A model generated the notes under the pieces. It had not been told where the DNA came from and did no database searches. It saw only the letters and a list, made by a program, of their open reading frames with translations. DNA of 64,000 bases, taken from NCBI GenBank assembly GCA_946184125.1, contig CAMHEL010000003.1, forward strand, positions 4,489 through 68,488, given 5' to 3'. Shown here piece by piece: positions 26,776-35,922 of this stretch. How positions within the stretch are numbered: position 1 is the stretch's first letter; the number at the start of each line of letters is the position of its first letter. A program made the position numbers and the translations under genes. This DNA is from an uncultured Prevotellaceae bacterium (lineage in GTDB: Bacteria > Bacteroidota > Bacteroidia > Bacteroidales > Bacteroidaceae).

Positions 26776-27879
26776 TTACTCTCCGAAGATTTTCCCCAGG
26801 CGCTTATGCAAGGGCTTGCCGCGAAGAGCACGGTCGATAATCTTGCCCTGAGGGTCGATGAGGATGTTGTCGGGGATGGCATCTATCTTATAGGCCGGGG
26901 CGGCGGCGCAACTCCATCCCTTCAGGTCGGAGAGTTGCAGCCACGGCATTTTGATTTGCTCGATGGCTTTCACCCATGCTTCCTTCTTCTGGTCGAAGGA
27001 GATGCCGACCACCTCGAAGCCCTTCTCGTGGTACTTGTTGTAGGCTTCGAGCACATTGGGCATTTCCTGACGGCAGGGACCGCACCATGAAGCCCAGAAG
27101 TCGACGAGCACCCACTTCCCTTCACCTACAAGTTCGCTGATTTTATGCATCTTGCCATCGGGGTCGGCCATTTCCAAGTCGGTGAACTGCTGACCGATGA
27201 AGGCGGCCTTCGGACCATCCTCGGGCTTCATCATCGCAGCCACCTCGTCTCTTGCCTTCTTAAAATAAGGATGAGAGGTAAATGGCAACTGCTTTTTGAC
27301 CAACTCGTCGTATTCTTCCACGCCATTGTCGAAGAAATATAGTTGGGAGAAAGGCAGAGGTATCAGCGAGTTGCTCTCCTCTTTGAATATCTTATTGGCA
27401 AAAGCAATCTGTCCGTCGGTCACTTTGTTTATCTCAGCCATGATTTCTTCGCCATGAGCCTCTATTTCAGCCTCAGACAACTGATCCAGCCTGAGCCTGG
27501 CTCTCAGATCCTTCATAGGCTTCTCTTGCTCGAGATCGTACTTGACAAGACGCTCGTTGAGCGGAGAACCTTTCAGTGTACTGTCGTTGACATTGACCGA
27601 CACAGGCGTGCCGTCGTTGAAGAAGATTGTCGTCCAACGTTCGCTCTCAGCACGGATGCCCATGAGAGCATCCTTTTCGGCCGAGCCATTGAATGAGAAT
27701 TTGCCGTTGGCAACGACAATGCTGTCGATAGCACTTTCTGTCAGTTGGTCTATCAGATAGACTTTCTTTCCTTCTTTGTCATAGGTACCACTGATAGAAT
27801 ACTTCACCTGCTGTGCCATGGAAGACATAGCTGCAGCCATAAAGACTGCAAGAAAAACCATTTTCTTCATATTTTTCAT
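26776..27879 (-). CDS. TlpA/ResA-like thiol:disulfide oxidoreductase with a DUF4369-like N-terminal domain
   Basis: Signal peptide. N-terminal block SGTYDKEGKKVYLIDQL..DSIVVANGKFSF. Thioredoxin active site WASWCGPC. Confidence 0.85.
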   Translation of the reverse strand: MKNMKKMVFLAVFMAAAMSSMAQQVKYSISGTYDKEGKKVYLIDQLTESAIDSIVVANGKFSFNGSAEKDALMGIRAESERWTTIFFNDGTPVSVNVNDSTLKGSPLNERLVKYDLEQEKPMKDLRARLRLDQLSEAEIEAHGEEIMAEINKVTDGQIAFANKIFKEESNSLIPLPFSQLYFFDNGVEEYDELVKKQLPFTSHPYFKKARDEVAAMMKPEDGPKAAFIGQQFTDLEMADPDGKMHKISELVGEGKWVLVDFWASWCGPCRQEMPNVLEAYNKYHEKGFEVVGISFDQKKEAWVKAIEQIKMPWLQLSDLKGWSCAAAPAYKIDAIPDNILIDPQGKIIDRALRGKPLHKRLGKIFGE

Positions 27880-27965
27880 TTGTTCTTAAGATTGATTATT
27901 TGATGATCATACAATAATATTCTGATAGGCGCCGGGCGAGCACTGATGCCGACATTATCCGCCAC

Positions 27966-29216
27966 CTAAAAATCCATATTACAGTTCTCTATCAACTCCT
28001 GTTCATGCTCGCTGAACGAATTGCCAGTGGGTTGCCATGAGGGGTCGGGCATATACCACCATTGCGACTCGAAGAGCTTGCGGAGCTGGGCATCCTTGAA
28101 CACATAGCCCCGGTGTGCATAGGGCAGGTTGCGCCGGATGCGTGCGGAGAAGTCGCTGAGCTGTTTCTTGGTGCCCTTGCCGGGATAGTATTCGTCGTAG
28201 GCATCCCACCATGCGAAGCCAGGACCGCTGTCGTAATAGATGGGCTTGGGCTTGTTGCCCCAATCCACGGCATAGGCGAGGACATCTGCCGACTGTATCG
28301 TCATGTCGTGCTCAGTGCGGAAATTGTTGCGGTGCCATTCCAGCGTGCCATCGCGCAGCACCACCTCCACCACCGACTCATTCCCGTCAAAATTGCTGGT
28401 ATTCAGCACGCGCATCTTCCCCTTCCCTTTGGTCACTTTGAAGGGAGTTCCTTCGAAGGGAGCATTGTAGATGACGAAGTGCTTGGTGCACTTGACCACA
28501 TTAATGCGCAACGTGAAGTCGTCAATCTGATGGTTGGCCCACCGCATGGCCGGCACCAACCAGTAAGGGAGCAGAAACGCTTGACTGACCCCACACGAGA
28601 GACGGTAGCGGTAAGTATGGTGCACGCTGTTCTGACCGCTCTTGAAATTGGCCTTGAAATAGTAGGCATAGGCATAGGCGGCATACTCATCGGTCTGCTT
28701 GTTGTGCAGACGCTCGCTGTTTTCCTCGTCATAATACCAGCGGTCGAAATCGACGGGGATGAAGTGCTGACCCGCCTTGCGTTTCTCCTGCACCTCCTTG
28801 GGAAGATATTCCATGTCACCGCTGCCAAACACCACGCCATTGCTGTAGGTGAGCGCCTCGCCGTTCATCACTACGGAGAAGTCCTCGATATGTGGGTGGA
28901 TGCCCTTGCGGTCGAGCGGGCTCCCATCGTTATAGGGCGCCGTGGCCTCGAAGCCCATCGTCACCCATTTGTCCGGTCCGTTGTTGACGAATGTATAGTC
29001 CACATCGACATTGGCGAAACCATCGTCGCCGATGTTGATGGTCAGGATTTCTTTTTTTACGGAGATGTTGGTCTCCATGACGGGTTCCAGATGGCTGCCG
29101 TTGACGAAAAAGACGGCATCGTTGGCCATCGATGAGAGAGCCATGGCCACTATCGCCACAAGGGTCGCCAGCATTCTGCGCCGGCCGATTGATACCATTT
29201 GTTTCTTTTGCAACAT
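27966..29216 (-). CDS. YARHG-domain-containing exported protein
   Basis: C-terminal block IRRNLPYAHRGYVFKDAQLRKLFESQWWY matches the YARHG motif. There is an N-terminal signal sequence. The true start may be an internal Met. Confidence 0.65.
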   Translation of the reverse strand: MLQKKQMVSIGRRRMLATLVAIVAMALSSMANDAVFFVNGSHLEPVMETNISVKKEILTINIGDDGFANVDVDYTFVNNGPDKWVTMGFEATAPYNDGSPLDRKGIHPHIEDFSVVMNGEALTYSNGVVFGSGDMEYLPKEVQEKRKAGQHFIPVDFDRWYYDEENSERLHNKQTDEYAAYAYAYYFKANFKSGQNSVHHTYRYRLSCGVSQAFLLPYWLVPAMRWANHQIDDFTLRINVVKCTKHFVIYNAPFEGTPFKVTKGKGKMRVLNTSNFDGNESVVEVVLRDGTLEWHRNNFRTEHDMTIQSADVLAYAVDWGNKPKPIYYDSGPGFAWWDAYDEYYPGKGTKKQLSDFSARIRRNLPYAHRGYVFKDAQLRKLFESQWWYMPDPSWQPTGNSFSEHEQELIENCNMDF

Positions 29217-29249
29217 AGTTATTCAAGTTTTGGTTAAGGTTGGGGCACG

Positions 29250-31766
29250 TTATTCCAGTTGTATTGATGGCCACTCCAGGCGGAGGTGGTGTAGCATGGT
29301 GGTCGACTCGCCACAGGAGCCGGTGTGCTGCAGGCAGAAGCCAGAATAAGGCGATGCCGACACGCTGGCGCTGAGCTGTACCTCGGTGTGGAGGTTGGGG
29401 TCGTCGGGGGGTGGGAGCGGCGTGTCAGTACTGACGTATGCTGTGAGTCGTCCTTCCTTGTATGCCAGGCGGATGTGGCATCCTGTGCGGTAGCAGGTGG
29501 CGCTGATGGGTGCTGTGAGGGGCTTCACTTGACCATGGTCGTAGGCGACGAGGAGGAAATCGACGGCCTTGGCGTACTTGGTGGTGCGGACGATGCGCAG
29601 GCCGTAGCCAGTAAGCGTCCGTGTATCGAATTTCAGGCACACGTCCATATACTGCCCTGTGGCGCTTCCGAAGCCTTGTCCGGCGGTCTTGGTGGGGTCG
29701 ACATCGAGCGCCACGGTCATCATGCCCTCATCCTGCACGACGGGGGTGAACATCATGCGTGCCCCGCGCTGTGCCTGCAGCAGTCCGCTACCCACGGCGC
29801 CATTATAACCCTCGCCATACTCCCACATGGGTTTGCTCCTGTCGAATGTCCATGGATAGGCCTCGGTGTCGGCGGGTTTGTAGCCGTCGACGGTCCACCG
29901 GCCTTCTCTCACCTCGGGCTGCCACTGGCAGGGGAAGGAGCTGAAATCGGTCTCCAGCACCGTCGCTGGCCGCACCTGCTTCTTGCCTACGGGTCGTGCC
30001 ATGACCGCCCATTGCCTCTCGCCGGTGCCGCTGCGTGCGTGCCGTGGCTCCACCGCCGCCATCAGCCATTGGCCCACGTCGCCCTGGGTCAGGGGAAGGG
30101 CCGTCAGTGGTTCGCCGTGGCTCTCTGCGATGACGATGGCTTTCTCGGGCGAGGGACTGCCTGCGGCATACCATGTCACGACCGACTGGTCGGCATGCCC
30201 AGCGGGCACGAGTCGGTAGTCGAGCATGGCCGTTCCATCCTTCACCTTGATGCGTGGCGGACGGGCAAGGGTGGGTGCGGGAAGGGGCTTCCCACTGAGA
30301 TGCACCAGCATGGCTCCCACGAGTCCATCGGTGGTGGTGGCGGTGACGGTGATATCCATTGGTGTGTCTTCATCGTAGTCCGAGGAGAGGGACACGGTCT
30401 CGCCTTCGTGCTCCAACTTTAAATATTTTTCAAAACCTTGCTGCACCTGCCACTCCATCTTTGGAGGCAAATCGCTCAACAGATAGCCACCATGCCTGCG
30501 CAGTTGCATCCCGATGAGTTGTGGGCGCTCGCCGCCCCTCATTTCCATCTCGGCTGGTGAGAGTCGCAGCGAGGTGGGTCCGGGGGTGGCGGCAGGCAGC
30601 GTCTGCGGGGCGGGGCACCAGCCATCGTCGCCGGCAAGCAGTCCGTTGATGTTATAGCCAGCATTGTTTTTATAGGTCTGTAACAGGGGTTTACCATCGA
30701 GGCACACCGATGTTTCGGGATGCTCGCTTTCCACCACAATGGGTGAGCCATTGAGCGTGACATGACTGTAGTAGCACCGCAGCCAGGGAGCCGGATAGGC
30801 CGTCCAGCCCACATAGACGGGCTGCGGCGAGTGGAAACGGCAGTCGATGAGCGTCAGCGGACCGGAGGCTTTGCAGAAATACACACGGGTGTTGTCGCTC
30901 TTCACATGGAAGTCGCAATCGAGCATCACCGCTCCTGTTCCCGATGTGGTATAGAAGGGCTTTTGTCCGTAAAAATCAAAATCGCAATGCAGGTATACAC
31001 CATTGCCTGTGAGCGCATCGTCGGTGCATTCGAAATGGCAGTTGTCGAAGAGGATGCGCCGAGCCCCATTGAGGGGATTGAGGTTGAGCCGGCTGATGAA
31101 ACGCACGTTTCTTGCCACCACCTTGTCGCCATGGCAATAGGCCACATGTGCCTGGGTGATGGCAGAATGTCTCTTTTTCCGTCCAAGGGTGGGCTTGAGG
31201 GGGAAGTCGAGGTCTACGTTGCAGAAATTCCCCATGGTGAGCTGGCTGACCTCGAGTCCGTCGCCATGGAAGTCGAACATGGTGAAGTTGCCCACCGCGC
31301 CCTGTGTCTGCCCCCGTTGTGCCGCGAGCACCACATTGCGTGGGTCGTGGCTAAGGCCCACGAGGTGCAGGTACTGGCACTGCACCGTCATGCCGAAGGG
31401 TTCACGTCCACCCTTCCCCACCCTCACTTCAGGGTCGTCGGGGTCGTCTATCCAATAGACGCCCGGTGCCACATAGACCACCATGGGCTGCTCGGGGGTG
31501 CCGTCGTTCAGACGCGCCGCCGCTTCCTGGAATGTCGTGAAGAGGTAAGGACAGGATGCCGCTGCCACACTGTCGAGCGTGGCATCGACAAGGTAATGAT
31601 GATTGTCGAGCTGACAGTCCTTCCCGTCGTAGGTGAAGTGGTCGCCCAAGACCACGACGGGATGGGCTGGGTCGAGGGGAGGGCCTGCCACAGCAACGCC
31701 GGCCCAGAGAAGTACTGGGAATGCCATGCCCACGAGAGCACACAGCAGCCGGCACACGATGCTCAT
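29250..31766 (-). CDS. Secreted right-handed beta-helix (pectin-lyase-fold, pectinesterase-like) protein with a C-terminal jelly-roll-like region
   Basis: 838 aa with a signal peptide. Repetitive segments NVRFISRLNLNP.., FDNCHFECTDDALTGNGVYLHCDFDFYG and MLDCDFH resemble parallel beta-helix coils. The family assignment is not verified. Confidence 0.45.
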   Translation of the reverse strand: MSIVCRLLCALVGMAFPVLLWAGVAVAGPPLDPAHPVVVLGDHFTYDGKDCQLDNHHYLVDATLDSVAAASCPYLFTTFQEAAARLNDGTPEQPMVVYVAPGVYWIDDPDDPEVRVGKGGREPFGMTVQCQYLHLVGLSHDPRNVVLAAQRGQTQGAVGNFTMFDFHGDGLEVSQLTMGNFCNVDLDFPLKPTLGRKKRHSAITQAHVAYCHGDKVVARNVRFISRLNLNPLNGARRILFDNCHFECTDDALTGNGVYLHCDFDFYGQKPFYTTSGTGAVMLDCDFHVKSDNTRVYFCKASGPLTLIDCRFHSPQPVYVGWTAYPAPWLRCYYSHVTLNGSPIVVESEHPETSVCLDGKPLLQTYKNNAGYNINGLLAGDDGWCPAPQTLPAATPGPTSLRLSPAEMEMRGGERPQLIGMQLRRHGGYLLSDLPPKMEWQVQQGFEKYLKLEHEGETVSLSSDYDEDTPMDITVTATTTDGLVGAMLVHLSGKPLPAPTLARPPRIKVKDGTAMLDYRLVPAGHADQSVVTWYAAGSPSPEKAIVIAESHGEPLTALPLTQGDVGQWLMAAVEPRHARSGTGERQWAVMARPVGKKQVRPATVLETDFSSFPCQWQPEVREGRWTVDGYKPADTEAYPWTFDRSKPMWEYGEGYNGAVGSGLLQAQRGARMMFTPVVQDEGMMTVALDVDPTKTAGQGFGSATGQYMDVCLKFDTRTLTGYGLRIVRTTKYAKAVDFLLVAYDHGQVKPLTAPISATCYRTGCHIRLAYKEGRLTAYVSTDTPLPPPDDPNLHTEVQLSASVSASPYSGFCLQHTGSCGESTTMLHHLRLEWPSIQLE

Positions 31767-32770
31767 TGGCCATTGCCTTTGTTGAGTTCCTGTGAGAGGA
31801 TTTTCCCCACGTCGCCGGAGGGAAGTTTGATGGCCTCGGGATGCTCCCGGATATAAGAGTCGATGTGGCGAACGCGCTTGTTTTCAAGTATCTCGTCGAC
31901 GGCGATGAGAATGCCTGTTTCCTCGACATCGCCGAACCCATCGTTGATGGCGGTACCGAACATCCTCATGGTGGGACTGAGCCCCATGTATGCATTGACG
32001 AGTGGCGGAATGTTGATGCCCAGTTTTCTGATTTCGGTGTTGAGGATGCGGTAGTCTTCCCTGAGGTCGTCCTTGCATAGGATGCTGGCGAGCATCTCCG
32101 GGTCGTTCTCGACAAGCAGCGGCTTCATGGGGATGATGAGTTTGTCTTTGTCGCCGAAGTGCTTGTTGAGGAAGAACAGGATGAGGTCGCGCCCGAGTCT
32201 GTTGTACGAAGGATACATGGTCATCTTCCCGAAGAAGTACTTGACGTCGGGCATGATGACGGTGAGTGCTCCGAGCCCATCCCACAGATTGTCGAGGGCA
32301 TAGAGGCTCTTCGAGCCCATCCGGCTGCTCTGGTAGGGTATGGTGACATAAGAGCGTGCCAGTTCGATGGTCTTGGGCAGGAAGTCCTTGATGAAGCGGT
32401 CGGAGAAATGGAAGAGATGGCTCGTGGCGAGTATGGGCTGCCCTTTTTCGTCGAAGTCCACCTTATTGCCCAGCTTGTAGCGGTACCCTCCGATGATTTC
32501 CTCCTCTTCCGGGTTCCACACGATGAGCTGTTTGTAACAGTTGTCCATGACGTCGAATTCGTCGAGGTCGAGCTCCTTGCCGGTGCCTCCCCCCGCCTCG
32601 CGGAAGACTTCCTCCCGCTGCCGCCCGATTTCCCTGACGACATTAGGCGAGTCATGATAATCGACGATGAAGATTTGGTTGTGGCTCTTGTTGGTCATTC
32701 TGAGCCTCTTGTCGGGGGTCAGTTCAGCCTTGATGAGCGCTTTTTCTACGGGGGGTATGATTTGTTGCAT
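31763..32770 (-). CDS. GNAT-family N-acyltransferase, OlsB/GlsB-like (amino-acid lipid synthesis)
   Basis: 335 aa. The block REIGRQREEVFREAGGGTGKELDLDEFD..YKQLIVWNPEEEEIIGGYRY is typical of OlsB-like 'hemolysin' acyltransferases. It is adjacent to a PlsC-like gene. Confidence 0.7.
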   Translation of the reverse strand: MQQIIPPVEKALIKAELTPDKRLRMTNKSHNQIFIVDYHDSPNVVREIGRQREEVFREAGGGTGKELDLDEFDVMDNCYKQLIVWNPEEEEIIGGYRYKLGNKVDFDEKGQPILATSHLFHFSDRFIKDFLPKTIELARSYVTIPYQSSRMGSKSLYALDNLWDGLGALTVIMPDVKYFFGKMTMYPSYNRLGRDLILFFLNKHFGDKDKLIIPMKPLLVENDPEMLASILCKDDLREDYRILNTEIRKLGINIPPLVNAYMGLSPTMRMFGTAINDGFGDVEETGILIAVDEILENKRVRHIDSYIREHPEAIKLPSGDVGKILSQELNKGNGQ

Positions 32771-32785
32771 GGTATGGGGGATTTC

Positions 32786-33613
32786 TTAAAGTTCGTAAAC
32801 CTTCCTCTGCACCTCCTGTGCCCACTGCAGTGGTGTCTTCGACTTGTCGAAGGTCTGCCAGGGAATAGGCTTTCCGATGGCGACACGGAATGTCTTGTGC
32901 ACGTTTTTGTACATCTCATCGACAAGGAAGAGCATGGCGACATTGACTTTCAGCTTCAGCATCTTGCAGATGTTGGCGATGCGGTAGAAACGGTCGGAGT
33001 TGCGGCCGCTGAAATGGATGGGCACCACATCGCGCTGGGTCTGTATGCTTTTTGAGACAAACGTCTTGGTCCATGGCAAGTCGTGTATCTCGCCTTTGAT
33101 TTTCCTTGAGCAGAGTCCTGCGGGGAACATGAGCATGTGGTAATCGCTGCTGAAACCGGCATTGACCATGGCGGGGAAATTACGGCTCTGGCTGCCTGTC
33201 TTGTTGATGGGGATGCATAGGGGGGCCAGGCCGGGGAGGTTCATCAGCAGGTCATTGACGAGATATTTGAAGTGCCCGTCGTAGTGACGCCCGATGACGG
33301 CACCCAGTGCCACGCCATCCTGACCGCCGAGGGGGTGGTTGCTCACGAAGGTGTAGCGCCGTCCGTCGTCCTTGCTGGGAAGGTTCTCGGCTCCCTCCAC
33401 CTGAAGGGTCATGTCGAGATAGCGCACGCACTCCTCAAGCCAGTCCACACCCACCTTGTCGCGGCTCTCCCAGAGAAACCGGTTCACCTCGTCCTGATGG
33501 AGTATCTTTCTCAGCCAGTTGCGGGCAAAAGAAGGCACCCTGCCCGCCTTGCTGCCCATCTTGTCGGCAAGTATCTTGTCGATATCTATGGTTTTCTCCG
33601 TTATTTCTGTCAT
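32786..33613 (-). CDS. Lysophospholipid/1-acyl-glycerol-3-phosphate-type O-acyltransferase, OlsA/GlsA-like
   Basis: 275 aa. PlsC-type catalytic block FVSNHPLGGQDG (H-x4-D-like) and MFPAG.CSR. Confidence 0.7.
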   Translation of the reverse strand: MTEITEKTIDIDKILADKMGSKAGRVPSFARNWLRKILHQDEVNRFLWESRDKVGVDWLEECVRYLDMTLQVEGAENLPSKDDGRRYTFVSNHPLGGQDGVALGAVIGRHYDGHFKYLVNDLLMNLPGLAPLCIPINKTGSQSRNFPAMVNAGFSSDYHMLMFPAGLCSRKIKGEIHDLPWTKTFVSKSIQTQRDVVPIHFSGRNSDRFYRIANICKMLKLKVNVAMLFLVDEMYKNVHKTFRVAIGKPIPWQTFDKSKTPLQWAQEVQRKVYEL

Positions 33614-33866
33614 GGTGTAAAGACGTATGCGGTTTTTTGCTTACAACTTGCAAAAATAATCCTTCTTTTTCAAAAAATGAGTTTTTTTTCAGGAAAATGC
33701 ATGATAACTTACATTTTTCCTTTTTTCCTCGCTTTTTTTGTAAGATTTCCACCTTTTGGCGACTCTTTTTTTTAAGAGAAATCATATCCTCACAAGCCGA
33801 ATAGGCACCCCAAATTTTTTTTCGAAAAAAAGTGGGGAGAAATGGTGGAAAGTGGGGGAAAATGTG

Positions 33867-33874
33867 TAATTTTG
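33867..33874 (+). promoter_or_regulatory. -7 promoter box TAATTTTG of the dcw operon
   Basis: TAnnTTTG match 30 nt upstream of the mraZ ATG at 33904. Confidence 0.45.
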
Positions 33875-33903
33875 AAGCCGATTTGAAAAAATGGTCACAC
33901 AAC

Positions 33904-34368
33904 ATGCGACTTTTAGGCAACATAGAGGCACGTACAGACGAGAAGGGACGGGTGTTTCTTCCCGCTTCCTTCCGCAAGACTCTTCAGAGTATGGGCACCG
34001 ACACGCTCATGCTCCGCAAGGATGTCTATCAGCCCTGCCTGACGCTTTACCCCGAATCGTCGTGGGATGAGATGATGGCTGTGCTGCGCAGCCGTGTCAA
34101 CCGCTGGAACCCGCGCCACCAACTGCTGCTCCGTCAGTTCCTGAGCGACGTGGAGATGGTGAACCTCGACAGCAGCGGGCGCATCCTCATCCCGAAGCGC
34201 CTTCTTGAGTGGGCCGGCATCAGCGACACCGTCCGCTTCATTGGCATGGGCGACTGCATCGAGATGTGGAACTGTGCCTCCACCGCCGAGCCGTTCATCA
34301 CCCCCGATGACTTCCGGCGTGAGCTGGAGGAGCTCATGTGTTCTCCAGGAGAGGAGGTAGCACCATGA
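33904..34368 (+). CDS. mraZ: Transcriptional regulator MraZ
   Basis: Sequence MRLLGNIEARTDEKGRVFLPASFRK and a second SpoVT/AbrB-like half (DSSGRILIPKRL). It is the first gene of the dcw cluster. Confidence 0.9.
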   Translation: MRLLGNIEARTDEKGRVFLPASFRKTLQSMGTDTLMLRKDVYQPCLTLYPESSWDEMMAVLRSRVNRWNPRHQLLLRQFLSDVEMVNLDSSGRILIPKRLLEWAGISDTVRFIGMGDCIEMWNCASTAEPFITPDDFRRELEELMCSPGEEVAP

Positions 34369-35282
34369 GCGACATGACGCTTCCCTACCACACTCCCGTC
34401 CTCCTTCACGAGAGCGTCGATGGCCTTGCCATCCGTCCCGACGGGGTGTATGTCGATGTCACCTTTGGCGGTGGCGGGCACAGCAGGGAGATACTCAGCC
34501 GCCTGGGGCCCGCGGGGCGCCTCTTCGGGTTCGATCAGGATGGCGACAGCGAGCGCAACATCCCCGCCGACGAGCCACGCTTCACCTTCGTCAGGAGCAA
34601 TTTCAGGTACCTCTCCAACTGGATGCGCTACCATGGCATCGATGCGGTCGACGGCGTGCTGGCCGACCTCGGAGTGTCGGGGCATCATTTCGACGACGAG
34701 AGCCGCGGCTTCTCGTTCCGGTTCGATGCACCACTCGACATGAGGATGAACCAGAAGGCACGCCTCAGTGCAGACGATGTGGTGAATGGGTACAGCGAGG
34801 AGCGACTTGCCGACATCCTTCACCTCTACGGAGAACTGCACAACGCGCGGAGGGTGGCGGCAGCCATCGCGGCAGCAAGGTCGAAGGCACATATCGCCAC
34901 AACCGCCCAACTGGTGGATGCCGTGGCGAAGCTCTTCCCACGCGAGCGCGAGAAGAAGGAGGTGACGAAAGTGTTCCAGGCACTGCGCATCGAGGTCAAC
35001 CACGAGATGAGCGCACTCGCCGAAATGCTGACAGCTGCCACCGAACTGCTGTGCAGCGGAGGAAGGTTGGTGGTCATCACCTACCACAGCCTCGAAGACC
35101 GCATCGTGAAGAACGTGATGCGCTCGGGCAACAGCGAGGGCCGTGTGGAGCAGGACTTCTTCGGTCGTACCCACGCACCGCTGCGGCCCCTGAGCAACAA
35201 GGTGGTGACACCAAGCGCAGAAGAGCTGGAGGCCAACCCAAGGAGCAGAAGCGCGAAACTACGCATCGCCGAGAAGGCATGA
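34365..35282 (+). CDS. rsmH: 16S rRNA (cytosine1402-N4)-methyltransferase
   Basis: Blocks YHTPVLLHESVDGL..DGVYVDVTFGGGGHS and ITYHSLEDRIVK. A 4-nt ATGA overlap joins it to mraZ. Confidence 0.93.
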   Translation: MSDMTLPYHTPVLLHESVDGLAIRPDGVYVDVTFGGGGHSREILSRLGPAGRLFGFDQDGDSERNIPADEPRFTFVRSNFRYLSNWMRYHGIDAVDGVLADLGVSGHHFDDESRGFSFRFDAPLDMRMNQKARLSADDVVNGYSEERLADILHLYGELHNARRVAAAIAAARSKAHIATTAQLVDAVAKLFPREREKKEVTKVFQALRIEVNHEMSALAEMLTAATELLCSGGRLVVITYHSLEDRIVKNVMRSGNSEGRVEQDFFGRTHAPLRPLSNKVVTPSAEELEANPRSRSAKLRIAEKA

Positions 35283-35354
35283 CAAGACCAGACAAGACAA
35301 ACGAGACAGAAGGGCACAGCCCATAAGACGAAGAAAAGAAAGAACAACCAAGGA

Positions 35355-35909
35355 TTGGAAATGAGAACCGAAGAAAACATCGCCCAAGAAGCTATTGCCG
35401 CAACAGGACAAGCGGCTGACAGCACTCCCAGTGGGGAGGAAGATGAGATGACGGCGGAAGGCGTGATGGCCTCCGACGACGACACAGAAGAAGAGACAGA
35501 AGAAGAAGAGGGCGAGGAGCACCCTGCGCACCCCACCCTGAAAGAAGTCATAGAAGAGAACGCGCGCGAGGACGAGAAACCTTTCTCGGCATCGCTCACA
35601 CTGAGGTCCATCCTCGGTGGCGACATTCTCAACACACAGGGCATCAGGCGACAGGTATGGCTCATCCTGCTCATCACCTTCTTTGCCATACTCTACGTGT
35701 CGAACCGTTACTACTGCCAGAAGCAGCAAATCAAGATAGAGAACCTCACGACAGAGCTGAAGAAGTCGAAATACAAGACGCTGTCGCTCTCGAGCGAGCT
35801 TACTGAGAGGTGCAGGGAGAGCCACGTGGTGGAAATGCTGCGCGCCAACAACGACAGCACCATTCACCCCGCCGACCAGCCGCCATACATCATCATCGTC
35901 CCCAACTAA
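35355..35909 (+). CDS. FtsL-like cell-division protein with an acidic N-terminal extension
   Basis: Single TM segment (VWLILLITFFAILYV) followed by a coiled-coil segment. It sits between rsmH and ftsI. Confidence 0.7.
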   Translation: MEMRTEENIAQEAIAATGQAADSTPSGEEDEMTAEGVMASDDDTEEETEEEEGEEHPAHPTLKEVIEENAREDEKPFSASLTLRSILGGDILNTQGIRRQVWLILLITFFAILYVSNRYYCQKQQIKIENLTTELKKSKYKTLSLSSELTERCRESHVVEMLRANNDSTIHPADQPPYIIIVPN

Positions 35910-35922
35910 GCCTACGCACATC

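Noticed and set aside
33435-33977. 180-aa minus-strand ORF upstream of mraZ
   Set aside because: It spans the T/A-run-rich intergenic promoter region and overlaps the starts of two well-supported genes. The translation is low complexity.
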